Shown: positions 11,205 to 22,951 of the stretch, in pieces
Position numbering within the stretch: the stretch's first letter is position 1
How the letters are laid out: each line of letters opens with the position of its first letter
Source of the DNA: Macrostomum lignano
Taxonomy: Eukaryota
DNA: 64,000 bases
Reading direction: 5' to 3'
NCBI GenBank assembly: GCA_002269645.1
Contig: NIVC01000267.1
Span: 310,001 to 374,000 of the forward strand
Made by a program: the position numbers and the translations under genes
Notes under the pieces: model-generated
Seen by the model: the letters and a program-made list of their open reading frames with translations, nothing else
Databases searched by the model: none
What the model was told of the DNA's origin: nothing

Positions 11205-13722
11205 GGTGGTTCTGACAATCCTGACAGCCTCATTCTGACCATGACCATACTGACAATCTCACTCTGACCATCCTGACAATCTCACTCTGACCATCCTGAG
11301 AATCTCACTCTGACCATACTGAGAATCTCACTCTGACCATACTGACAATCTCACTCTGACCATTCTGACAATCTCATGCTGATCATCCTGACAATCTCAT
11401 GCTGATCATCCTGACAATCTCACTCTGACCATCCTGACAATCTCATGCTGACCATCTCATGCTGACCATCCTGACAATATCATGCTGACCATCCTGACAA
11501 TCTCACTCTGACCATCCTGACAATCTCATGCTGACCATCTCATGCTGACCATCTCATGCTGACCATCTCATGCTGACCATCTCATGCTGACCATCCTGAC
11601 AATCTCATGCTGACCATCCTGACAATCTCACTTTGACCATCCCTGACAATCTCACTCTGACCATCCTGACAATCTCATGCTGACCATCTCATGCTGACCA
11701 TCCTGAAAATCTCATGCTGACCATCTCATGCTGACCATCTCATGCTGACCATCTCATGCTGACCATCTCATGCTGACCATCCTGACAATCTCATGCTGAC
11801 CATCCTGACAATCTCACTTTGACCATCCCTGACAATCTCATGCTGACCATCCTGACAATCTCATGCTGACCATCTCATGCTGACCATCTCATGCTGACCA
11901 TCTCATGCTGACCATCTCATGCTGACCATCTCATGCTGACCATCTCATGCTGACCATCTCATGCTGACCATCTCATGCTGACCATCTCATGCTGACCATC
12001 TCATGCTGACCATCTCATGCTGACCATCTCATGCTGACCATCTCATGCTGACCATCTCATGCTGACCATCTCATGCTGACCATCCTGAAAATCTCATGCT
12101 GACCATCTCATGCTGACCATCTCATGCTGACCATCTCATGCTGACCATCTCATGCTGACCATCCTGACAATCTCACTTTGACCATCCTGACAATCTCACT
12201 TTGACCATCCTGACAATCTCACTTTGACCATCCTGACAATCTCACTCTGACCATCCTGAAAATCTCATGCTGACCATCTCATGCTGACAATCTCATGCTG
12301 ACCATCCTGACAATCTCATGCTGACCATCCTGACAATCTCACTCTGACCATCCTGACAATCTCATGCTGACCATCCTGACAATCTCACTTTGACCATCCT
12401 GACAATCTCACTTTGACCATCCTGACAATCTCACTCTGACCATCCTGACAATCTCATGCTGACCATCCTGACAATCTCACTTTGACCATCCTGACAATCT
12501 CACTTTGACCATCCTGACAATCTCACTCTGACCATCCTGACAATCTCATGCTGACCATCCTGACAATCTCACTTTGACCATCCTGACAATCTCACTTTGA
12601 CCATCCTGACAATCTCACTCTGACCATCCTGACAATCTCACTTTGACCATCCTGACAATCTCACTTTGACCATCCTGACAATCTCATGCTGACCATCCTG
12701 AAAATCTCATGCTGACCATCTCATGCTGACAATCTCACTTTGACCATCCTGACAATCTCACTTTGACCATCCTGACAATCTCACTTTGACCATCCTGACA
12801 ATCTCACTTTGACCATTCTGACAATCTCATGCTGACCATCCTGACAATCTCACTCTGACCATCCTGACAATCTCACTTTGACCATCCTGACAATCTCACT
12901 TTGACCATCCTGACAATCTCACTTTGACCATCCTGACAATCTCACTCTGACCATCCTGACAATCTCACTTTGACCATCCTGACAATCTCATGCTGACCAT
13001 CCTGACAATCTCACTCTGACCATCCTGACAATCTCACTTTGACCATCCTGACAATCTCACTTTGACCATCCTGACAATCTCACTCTGACCATCCTGACAA
13101 TCTCACTTTGACCATCCTGACAATCTCACTCTGACCATCCTGACAATCTCACTCTGACCATCCTGACAATCTCACTCTGACCATCCTGACAATCTCATGC
13201 TGACCATCCTGACAATCTCATGCTGACCATCCTGACAATCTCACTTTGACCATCCTGACAATCTCACTCTGACCATCCTGACAATCTCACTTTGACCATC
13301 CTGACAATCTCACTTTGACCATCCTGACAATCTCACTCTGACCATCCTGACAATCTCACTTTGACCATCCTGACAATCTCACTCTGACCATCCTGAGAAT
13401 CTCACTCTGACCATACTGAGAATCTCACTCTGACCATACTGACAATCTCACTCTGACCATTCTGACAATCTCATGCTGATCATCCTGACAATCTCATGCT
13501 GATCATCCTGACAATCTCACTCTGACCATCCTGACAATCTCATGCTGACCATCTCATGCTGACCATCCTGACAATCTCATGCTGACCATCCTGACAATCT
13601 CACTCTGACCATCCTGACAATCTCACTCTGACCATCCTGACAATCTCACTCTGACCATCCTGACAATCTCACTCTGACCATCCTGACAATCTCACTCTGA
13701 CCATCCTGACAATTTCATGCTG
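11205..13722. repeat. 2.5-kb minisatellite of 23-bp (ctgaccatcctgacaatctca(ct/tg)) and 14-bp (ctgaccatctcatg) units, upstream of the GPCR
   Basis: Directly visible. The 14-mer is the 23-mer minus 9 bp. Confidence 0.98.
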
Positions 13723-14839
13723 GCCACTCTGAAAGGCTTTTTACCAACTTACAAGACAAGCCAAACTCCCCCATTGCATTCAACGCACCTGCACGGTGCC
13801 GCGCCGGTATTTAATTCTGAAATCCTGCAATTTGGAATTTGGGACTTCTTTCCACGAAAGAGTAGAGCCATTGCAGCTGAGGACGGGACCAGCATTCTAA
13901 TATCGATCAGGTGCATTCTGGCCCACCAATTTCAGTTCCAACAAAATTGAGCTGAAAAAATTGCTTTTACTGTGCGCCAGGAAAGACAGCTGATGCCGCT
14001 TCTGCTGCAGGTCAGGAAATTTGCTTGTTGCAGAAAATGGGAGTGAGAGAATGGCTAAACTACCCGAGGAACCTACATCGCCATTCAAACTGGGATTAAA
14101 GCCTTTATTGCTAAATTGTCAAGTACAGCTGGTTGCTGTGGGGCCTTTTGTCCTCACGCTTTGCAGAGCCCATGTGTGCGCGTTGATTACAGAATTGCCC
14201 AGAAAAAGAGGCAACATACGAAAGAAAAAGCAATTTTGATTTGGATGGCCCCACAGTTCCGGACGACAACACAACTGTTGGAGACAGTGCGGACTCTCAG
14301 GGTCAAGCTATGGGTCTGTCTATGGGCAAAACCAAATCTCCTGCTGCCAAATAGCAGTTCTCTACTTGATTGGCTCAACCCACAGATTCTATACACAGAT
14401 TCTTCTTCTGTAGACGAAAGACAAGTGAGATTATATCAAATATTTTCTAATAGATTTGTGCAAAGAGAATGGAGATTTCCAAGAGCATCCCCGAAGAATG
14501 CTTGCTGAGATTCTAAAAACACTTGCATGCATGGATATCTACCGTATACTAGTGTTGCAGTTCGCCTGGGACAAAGTGAGGATTTACCACAGACAGTCTC
14601 CGCACCCGCCCGCTGCCTCTGCACTGAACCCTCAGAGTCTCAGATATCCACAACCAGCAAGCTGCCTACCTTTCATCGCCTCGGCGCCAATCAGCGCCAA
14701 TATAAAGCGCAAAAAAGCAACATTTTAAAATCGTGTTTATACCTGTAAGTATGCCATCAACCTTTTAACTTGCAATGGTAAAAATTATGATCAAGAAATT
14801 TTAATGGTCGGGCCGTTTAAGGGGTTATGACCTGATCAT

Positions 14840-15365
14840 TGACTCCCATGACCCCATGACCCCATGAACCCCATTGACCCCTATGACCCCATGACCCCAT
14901 GACCCCCATTGACCCCTATGACCCCATGACCCCCATTGACCACCATGACCCCATGACCCCATGACCCCATTGACCCCCATCGGCCCTCATGACCCCATGA
15001 CCCCCATTGACCCCCATGACCCCATGACCCCATGACCCCATGACCCCATGACCCATAACCCCCATTGACCCCCATGATCCCATGTCCCGCATTGACCCCC
15101 ATCGGCCCTCATGACCCCATGACCCCCAGGCCCCATTGACCCCCATGACCCCCATTGACCCCATGACCCCATGACCCCATGACCCCATGACCCCATGACC
15201 CATAACCCCCATTGACCCCCATGATCCCATGTCCCGCATTGACCCCCATCGGCCCTCATGACCCCATGACCCCCAGGCCCCATTGACTCCCATGACCCCA
15301 TGATCCCATGACCCCATGACCCATAACCCCAATTGACCCCCATGACCCCCATTGACTCCCATGAA
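14840..15365. repeat. (CCCCATGA)n-based degenerate repeat with longer internal duplicated blocks
   Basis: 8-9-bp units. The block cccattgacccccatcggccctcatga recurs at ~14965, ~15090 and ~15235. Confidence 0.93.
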
Positions 15366-16231
15366 CCCCTTGGTTCCGGCACTGATTAGGTAAAATATAG
15401 TTCATGGTTTACCCAGATTACAGAACAAAATCAGGTAAAATTAAATTCAAATTAATTGCTTTCAAATACTCGTATTTTACTCACGTGAACGCAAGCAAAG
15501 AACGACCGATTTGGATGATACCAAATATTTTTCAACGCTTTTTTATTTCATTGGCTTGAATCAGAGCAACAAGAAATATATATTAATGTTTTGATCAGTG
15601 GAGTGCACAGCCGGGGACGATAAACATGGGGAGAGAAGGGAGCTGGGAAGACACGAATCGGAAAGTCCAAGGAAGCACGGTTGTCAACACAGGAAAAACT
15701 CCTGGCTCTCTCTCGGGTAGGGGAATATAAAATAATAACGGAGGAAATTTTTAATACCGAATAGCCACAGCCTCGAAGCGTGGGGAAGACAGAAGACAGT
15801 CATCGCTACGTTTGGCGAGCTTTTTGTAAATTATAATTTCGCGGCTATTAGTAGGAAAATTTGCCAAATCCGGGTTTCCGCAACAGAACAGTTCAGTCGT
15901 GTAGAAAATAATTTGAGAGCGTTTTTTGAGAGCTAAACTAGACTGGGAGCGAGCAAGGGGTTCCACTGCAATAGAAAATCCATGCATTTAGGGCAATTTT
16001 TCTACTGTCTATGGTCAGAACTATGGTTATAATTACTTAGATACATAGCCTAAGCCGACCCGCTGTAGAATGTCTATGGCCAAAACTCTATAGACCATTG
16101 GTTCAATGCAAAGCGAGACTGTCTATGGTAAAGCCTTACTTAATCCTATAGTGGATTCAATCGTTCGCTGGTAGTCTATTTTTAGCTCTCAAAATGCTAT
16201 TGTTCATTTGAATTCGATTTTAACAGTCTGT

Positions 16232-18608
16232 TCACTTCTTGGTCTTCTTCTTTCGCGCCACCCGCTTCTTGGTCTTCTGGTCGATCAGCTGCTGCGACTG
16301 TTTCTTCACGGCCGCCCGGGACAGCACTTCGCCGTCGTCTTCGGCCGAGTCCGAGTCGTCGTCGTAGCTCTTCTCCCGCGACTGGCCGGCCAGGCTGATG
16401 CGCACGTTGTGCTGCGGCAGCTTCGACTCCACCTGCTGGTTGAACTCCTCCGCTCGCATCGCCTTCAGCTCGGCCTCGACGTCCTCCTTTTCCAGTTCCG
16501 CCATGAGCTTCAGCAGGCGCTCCTCGCACTTGCCGAGCACGTCTAGAACGTAGGCGTCGCTTGACGGATCAATCTGGGCCTGCGCGGCGTGGCTGCGCGC
16601 CACCTTGATGTGCGACAGCTTCTCGTGCAGGTGGTCCACGCCGGCCTTGCACTGCACCAACACCTTGGAGGCGGACTCGAGCTCCTGTTCCACGGCGGCC
16701 CTGTCTTCCTCCTCGCGGCGCAGCTGAGTCTGGTAGTTCTCCAGAATCTTCTGTCCGGAGCTCAGTTTGCACTCACCGGAATACTTCACGTCGTCGAACT
16801 GCGTCTTGAGCGTGTCCCTTTCGGCTCGCAGTCTCTGCGTCTCCTTCTCGGAGTCCTTCTTCAGCTCCTCGAGGTGCTCCCGGGTGGAGCCCTGGTTCTC
16901 GAAGCGGATGACCACCTCATTCAGGTCGCTGACGCCTGTGGCCTCCTTGATGCGCTTGAATGCCTCCTGCAGGTCGGTGATCTTCTCCTGCTGACTGTCG
17001 CCGAGGGAGGACGAGGTTCTCTCCGGGCCCTGGTCCTGTGTTGAGTCTCGCTGGGCCTGGCGCCGCTCCATCTTCTCGTACTGCAGCCTCTTCTCGTCCG
17101 CCTCGGATTTGAGCTTGTGGATCTCCTGCTCACGACGCTTGCGCTCGGTATAGACTGTCTCCTCCATCTTCTTGAGCTTGTGCGCAGCCTCCTCTTTGCC
17201 TGAAGTTGAGTTGGGGTCGGGGGGGGGGAATTGGAAATCGGAGACTTGTAGTTCCTCACTGCTTTTGCAATTTTACAGAGGAGAAAGAGGAGAGAGGAGA
17301 GAGGAGAGAGGAGAGAGGAGAGAGGGGAGAGGAGAGAGGGGAGAGGAGAGAAGAGAGAGGGAGAGGAGAGAGGAGAGAGGGAAGAGGAGAGAAGAGAGAG
17401 GGGAGAGGAGAGAGGAGAGAGGGGAGAGAAGAGAGGGGAGAGGAGAGAGGGGAGAGGAGAGAGAGGAGAGGAGAGAGGAGAGAGGAGGGAGAGGGGAGAG
17501 GAGAGAGGGGAGAGGGGAGAGGAGAGGGAGAGGAGAGAAGAGAGAAGAGGGGAGAGAAGAGGGGAGAGAGAGTGATCTGAGAAGAGAGATGAACATTGAG
17601 CCGAATTGCTATTGTGAAGTGTCAAGGGACCCGAGGGCCGGATAAGAACGGCTTCGTCCCAAAAATATTGGAATACGGCTGAATGTAAACTTCACTACAA
17701 GGCAAATCTGGGCAGTGTGAAACAAAATTTTCATTTTTGCCAAACGATTGCCCTGTAAATCGCAATAACCGAGGCTTGACCGCAACGAAGTCTTAGCAGG
17801 AGGATAAACTCGTTTTAAAATGCATTAGAGAGATTAAAAGGAAATCAAGGCTTAGCTCAGAATTAGCATTTCCGCTTTATTTCAAAAACGGAAAGCAACA
17901 GACCAAAGCAAAATTCAAGTCCGAACCGCGAACACCCCTTGGCTGCTGCTACTCACTGCGGTTGGCCTCCTCGGCTGTGCGCTCCAGCTCGCTGATCTCC
18001 TCTCGGCCTTCGCGAATCTCCGCCTCCATCGCGTCAAGCGTGTTGCCGAAGCTCAGGTGGTCCTCTTGCAGCCGGGATTTGATCTGCTCGTAGGTTCGCT
18101 TGATGTGCTCAGCCTCCTTCAGCTTCATGTTGGTCTTGTCCATCTTGTTCTCCAGGTCGCGCAGTCGACGGCCCTCGTAGCTCTCGCCCTCCTCCGTAGC
18201 CTTGGCCTCCTCGGCGTCCTGCTCCATCTCCTTGTTCTCCTGCTGCAGCTCGTCCAGCTTCCTCTGTTTCACCGCCGTCATGTGCTTCAATGCGTTCAGC
18301 TTCTTCTTGGTGTCGCTGACCTTGTAGTCCATGGTCTGGATGGCGTCCCGCCCGGTCTTGTTGGACAGTGCCGCCCGCTCCACCGGCCGGTCCTGGAAGG
18401 CCTGATTGATCACGTGATCATCAGCTGACAGCCGATCTTTGAGCTGCTTGCGCAGGTCTTTGTTCTCCTTGCGGAGCTGCCCAATCTTTTCCTTGTTCTG
18501 CTTCTGGGTGTAATAGCTGTTCTCATAGTAGGCTTTCCTGTCTCCCTCCAACAGGTTGATTTTGTTGCGCAGTTCCTCAACTTTTTCCGCCAAAGGTCGC
18601 TCTGTCAT
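16232..18608 (-). CDS. ODAD3: Outer dynein arm docking complex subunit 3 (CCDC151), ~539 aa; exons complement(17957..18608, 16232..17199)
   Basis: LRNKINLLEGDRKAYYE, LRDLENKMDK..MKLKEAEHI, IKEATG, DVKYSGE, KLPQHNVRI and the C-terminal acidic patch + SQQLID match remembered human CCDC151. The phase-1 intron has GTGAGT at 17956 and ttcAG at 17200, giving ANR-S-KEEAAHKLKKMEETV in frame. Confidence 0.92.
17277..17590. repeat. AG-rich simple repeat in the ODAD3 intron (polypyrimidine on the sense strand)
   Basis: gaggagagaggagaggg... purine-only tract. Confidence 0.95.
17590..17660. mobile_element. Fragment of a dispersed repeat also found at 29049-29100 (hAT/MITE-like)
   Basis: gccgaattgctattgtgaagtgtcaagggacccgagggccggata aligns to gccagattgctattgtgaagtttcaaaggacctgagggccagata. 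Both copies follow AG-rich sequence. Confidence 0.6.
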
Positions 18609-20357
18609 TTTGATGCTGGCTCAGCATGCAATAGTCAGTTTAAAAGCGAATTAACAGACATTTTTATAGAAGAATTCAAATAAATTTTAGTCATCTGCTT
18701 ATCTAGCGTATCGGAAAATTGATACTTTAAAACTGAAAGTTTTGTTAATTAAAAAATTTCTTTCTCTTCATAAAATTTACCAGACGAAAAAGCACATACG
18801 AGTAGCTGGCATTTAAAATGGAGACTGCTTAACATATTTAATATAACTATATGCACAAGTATAAATTCTGCTGCATGTCCTAAAATAGTATGTTCTTGCA
18901 TAAGCGAGTATACTTATTTTAAGAGACCATGCTATTTATTGTTTGATCAACTAAAAGTGTATAATTTCTAATAGGCCATATAACCATAGAACATCATAAA
19001 ATATATCACTAGGGAAGTGTCTGGTGAAGCAAACAAATACTTTCCTTCTCTAATCCCATTAATTGCGTTGGATTTAAGCCATTATAATTAAAAATTATTA
19101 ATTTACCAAATTTAATAATTCTATCAAATTCTAATCAAGCAAAACTAAAAGATCCAAACATTAAATCAATAGTTTTCGGTTGGATTTTCGACAATGTTCA
19201 AACACTGCGATACAGTAAAAGGTACAAAGTTCATTTTTTGAGTCTACGCTCATATGTACGAGTAGTAGGGGTTGTGTCTAGAAGTTTCGCAATCGAAAAG
19301 TTTTATAGGAAGCGTCTTCTTGCGTTTAATTGCTTGGCCAAAGAAATCAAACATTTGCTACTACAGCTTGCAGAAATTACGAAGTTAATAGAAGTTCTAA
19401 TCTTTGTAAATTGTACAATCTAAATTTTTAGCGTTGTTATAGCAGCAATATAGTTATAACTAAATATATCTACTTTTGTATCTTCAAGTTTGACGTTAAC
19501 AAACTATGGCTAAAATTACCCTTAAGAAACTTTTACATAAAATATGCTTTTGATTTCTTAAATTCCAACTTTAATTACACACTTACGTTTTAATTTTGTT
19601 GTATACATCATTTATTATATTTATATACTTCTTCTACTTATATTTATTGTGATTCATTGACATTAGATTAATCGTTTTGAACTGTATAAATAATTATTTA
19701 TGCTGTCTCAACTTTGTAATTTTATTTAATAATTTTTACTATATTTTCGGTTTTTAATGAGAAGAGAGGAAATAAGTAAAAGATTAGGCAGATCGAGATC
19801 TTTACTGTCATCTTCATGGATAATGTGGTGAAAACAGGGAAAACAGGCCTGTGTTTTAGATTACATCTTTTAGTTAGTGGCTTTAGGCTCTACAGTATAT
19901 ATCGATTATATATGTAGAGTATATAGGCAATATATATAGAGCTGAGTGTATACTTATACTAGGCTTAGGCTTCAATAAAGTGTTGCTTATATATTTTACA
20001 TGGCAGCTTTAGAATAGAATTCCAAGAAAGGCAATGAAATTGGATGGAAAGGTAGAGAGTAGTGTGGAGGGGTGCAGTTGGAAGGTTTAAGCTGGGGGAT
20101 AAGAGCCAATAAATAATAAGCCTTGGCTTTAAAAATAAATAAAAATGCTTCTATTTAACTTACTACTAAGCTGAAAGTAGCCTGCATGCAAATGTGCTGA
20201 ATGGCCTATCTAGTTATTCTAGTATCTGTGATCAAGGCTAGTTAAATTTATTTTTAAAAAACAAATTGTTCATATATTGATTTAGGACACTGTAAACAAT
20301 AAAAATTAATGCCAACAATATAGCTAATTATAAAGTTTATTACATAAAAGTTGTATA

Positions 20358-21347
20358 CAAGGGGTTTCCCAAAAGTCAGTGCACTTTCTTCATTATAGCC
20401 TTTTCTGACCAATCAGAAATATTAAGTCTGTTGCAATTGAAAAAAGAATTATCTGCCCATTAAAATGACTTTCTGATTATTTCTATATCCGCTGGCATTC
20501 TTGAGATATGAGCACTTTTCTGCCCTACCCCCTGTGCTACTTTTACAAATTGCCATAGACCAAAGCTTTGTACCTGATGCATGAAACAACAAAACATTCA
20601 ACAAATCAACAAAATATCAGCAACATGAAAGCTAAAGAAAGAACAGTCAAAAGTTAATTATCAACATTGTCCTAAGGCTTCTTCACATAGTCACCACTGC
20701 GCTGCACACTTCTGCCATTGGCTATGCATGTCAACAAGGCATGTCCCACATGGCCAAGAAAATGGAGAAGACAATCAAGCAGGAAAATTTTGTGCTGCTC
20801 TCACTGCTACCCTACTCTCCTGATTTGTCAACAGCTGACTTTGCCTTTTTTCAAAGAGGAAGAAGCTACTGCATGGACAAATCTTTGCTTGTTGTAGGAG
20901 CCTGGAAGCATTGACTTGCCAAGTTCTCTTTCATGAGATGCAGTGCTCAGATTTTGCTGATTGATGACATTGACAACATGCACAGCCAATGGCAGAAGTG
21001 TGCAGCGCAGTAATGACTATGTGGAGAAGCCTCAGGACAATGTTGATGATTAACTTTTGACTGTTCTTTCCTCAGCTTTCATGTTGTGGATGTTTTGTTG
21101 ATTCGTTGAATGTTTCATTGTTTCATGCATCAGGTACAAAGCTTTAGTCTATGGCAATTTGTAAAGTAGCACAGGGGATGGGCAGAAAAGTGCTCATATT
21201 TTAAGAATGCCAGCAGATACAGAAATAAACAGAAAGTCATTTTAATGGGCAGATAATTCTCTTTTCAACTGCAACAGACTTAATATTTCTGATCGGTCAG
21301 AAAAGGCTATAGTGAAGAAAGTGCACCAACTTTTGGGACACCCCTCA
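20358..21347. mobile_element. Non-autonomous mariner (Tc1/mariner) derivative with ~375-bp inverted arms and a TA target duplication
   Basis: TA-caaggggtttcccaaaagt ... acttttgggacacccctca-TA. Arms ~20358-20730 and ~20975-21347 are reverse complements with scattered mismatches. The core encodes PYSPDLSTADF (20810-20842; mariner YSPDLAPxD signature) and a degraded ..QWQKC....DYVEK transposase C-terminus on +. Confidence 0.9.
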
Positions 21348-22951
21348 TATATCTACCCACAATTTTATACTTAGAAATATCTATATATGTAATGGGCTAA
21401 AGCTTCTCTCTATTAAAAATCCTACTGAGGTCACCAAAGTTATAACAGGGCTTAACTTCTGTCTTTATAAATGTTGATAGCTGCCACTAAGACTATTCTA
21501 TTAATAAATTATGAGTTTTATTAATCTTAGAATAAGTTTGAAAAAAATGATTCTTAGAATAAGTCTGAGTACATATCTGAGTATTTGTCTGAGTATATAT
21601 TTGAAAATTTGTCTGAGTATATTGTTCTTAGAATACTATTATATTTAGCCCTTACAAGTATTGTTCTCCTGTTATTCTGGTATTGTTTACTATTGTTCTG
21701 GTAGCATTCTATTAATAATTTGGCCTGAGCAGTATATTGGTCTACTGGTATATGTACTTTATGTATTTCTAGTCCTAAGTATTACCAAGATCAGAGGGTC
21801 AGCCTCCAGTTATTCTTGCATGTATTTATTTAGGATCTACTTTGTATTCTCTTATTGATTCCACTTCTCAGTAGTATATACTGCATACATTTCTATCTAC
21901 TTCACTTCACTTTATAAAATAAATCAACTCAGAAAACAATCTTCAATAACATTTACTCGGAACTCTTACTATTCGATACTGGCTTTCTTTCTTTCTTAAG
22001 GAACCGCAATGCATGAGGTTGATCTCTCCTCTGCCAAAACGCTTCTATTTATACTAAAATTTACTGCTAGTTTTAACAAAAATTAGTTCACATAAAATAT
22101 TATGAAAAATACATGTTTTATAACAAATGTGTTTTCCTAGATTTGGCATGCATTCGAAATGAGTTATACAATTATCAATTTTATAAAGGAATTGGGAGGG
22201 GCCCTGCACATATACTTGACTTTTACTTTCAACACTATCGATAATGTCTTAATTCAATATATGAACAATTTTATTTTTTGTTTAATAAATTTATCTAGCC
22301 TTGACAATGTCTATAATTAGACAAAATACATAGGCAATAGAATAATATAATATTAAATTGGTTAGTTGCTATATGTTGATTCTTTCTTTCCTTTATTAAG
22401 ATTTTTCTAGTCTATAGATAAGACACTATATTTGTTATAAAGCTTTGCTTATCATGCCTAAATTAATATACCTAAATATTAAACAGAAATCTAAAAAAAA
22501 TAATTATAGCAAAAAACTAAAAAAACTTAAATAAAGTTTATATTTTTCTATCTAATTTATCCAAAATTGGTATATATATTATAAATCATTGAACTTTTGT
22601 TACAAATTAGACTAGAACTAAAATAAGGGCACAACTAGAGAGGGAGCTTGGTTTTCCCTTAAGATAGTCAACTTCTTTAACTTAAATTTTATACTTTGAA
22701 ATATTCTGCTATGGATGGCTATGCAAATAGAGCCATTAGCCAGGCATGTTTTATGACTCAAAATATTAACCTTTGTGAATAGCCAAAATATTATTATAGA
22801 AACAAAATATGAAAGAACTAACTCTTTTAACTGAAATAGTATGAATTGATATTAATTTGTTTATGTTTAGTCATATCTTGTTTCTTTCAAGAGCCTGGCT
22901 AGCAATTGCTTACTTACTGAAGTATATATTAAAAAGTAACTATTTTGCTTC

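Noticed and set aside
13717-16000. Several 60-130-aa ORFs between the GPCR and ODAD3
   Set aside because: No coding-type composition or motifs; consistent with chance ORFs or repeat translation.
16921-17645. Ser/Leu/Pro- and Glu/Arg-rich ORFs
   Set aside because: They derive from the AG tract inside the ODAD3 intron.
19433-19446. RFX X-box-like gttgttatagcagc upstream of ODAD3
   Set aside because: It mismatches the conserved AAC end and lies ~830 bp from the ATG, so it is too weak without TSS data.
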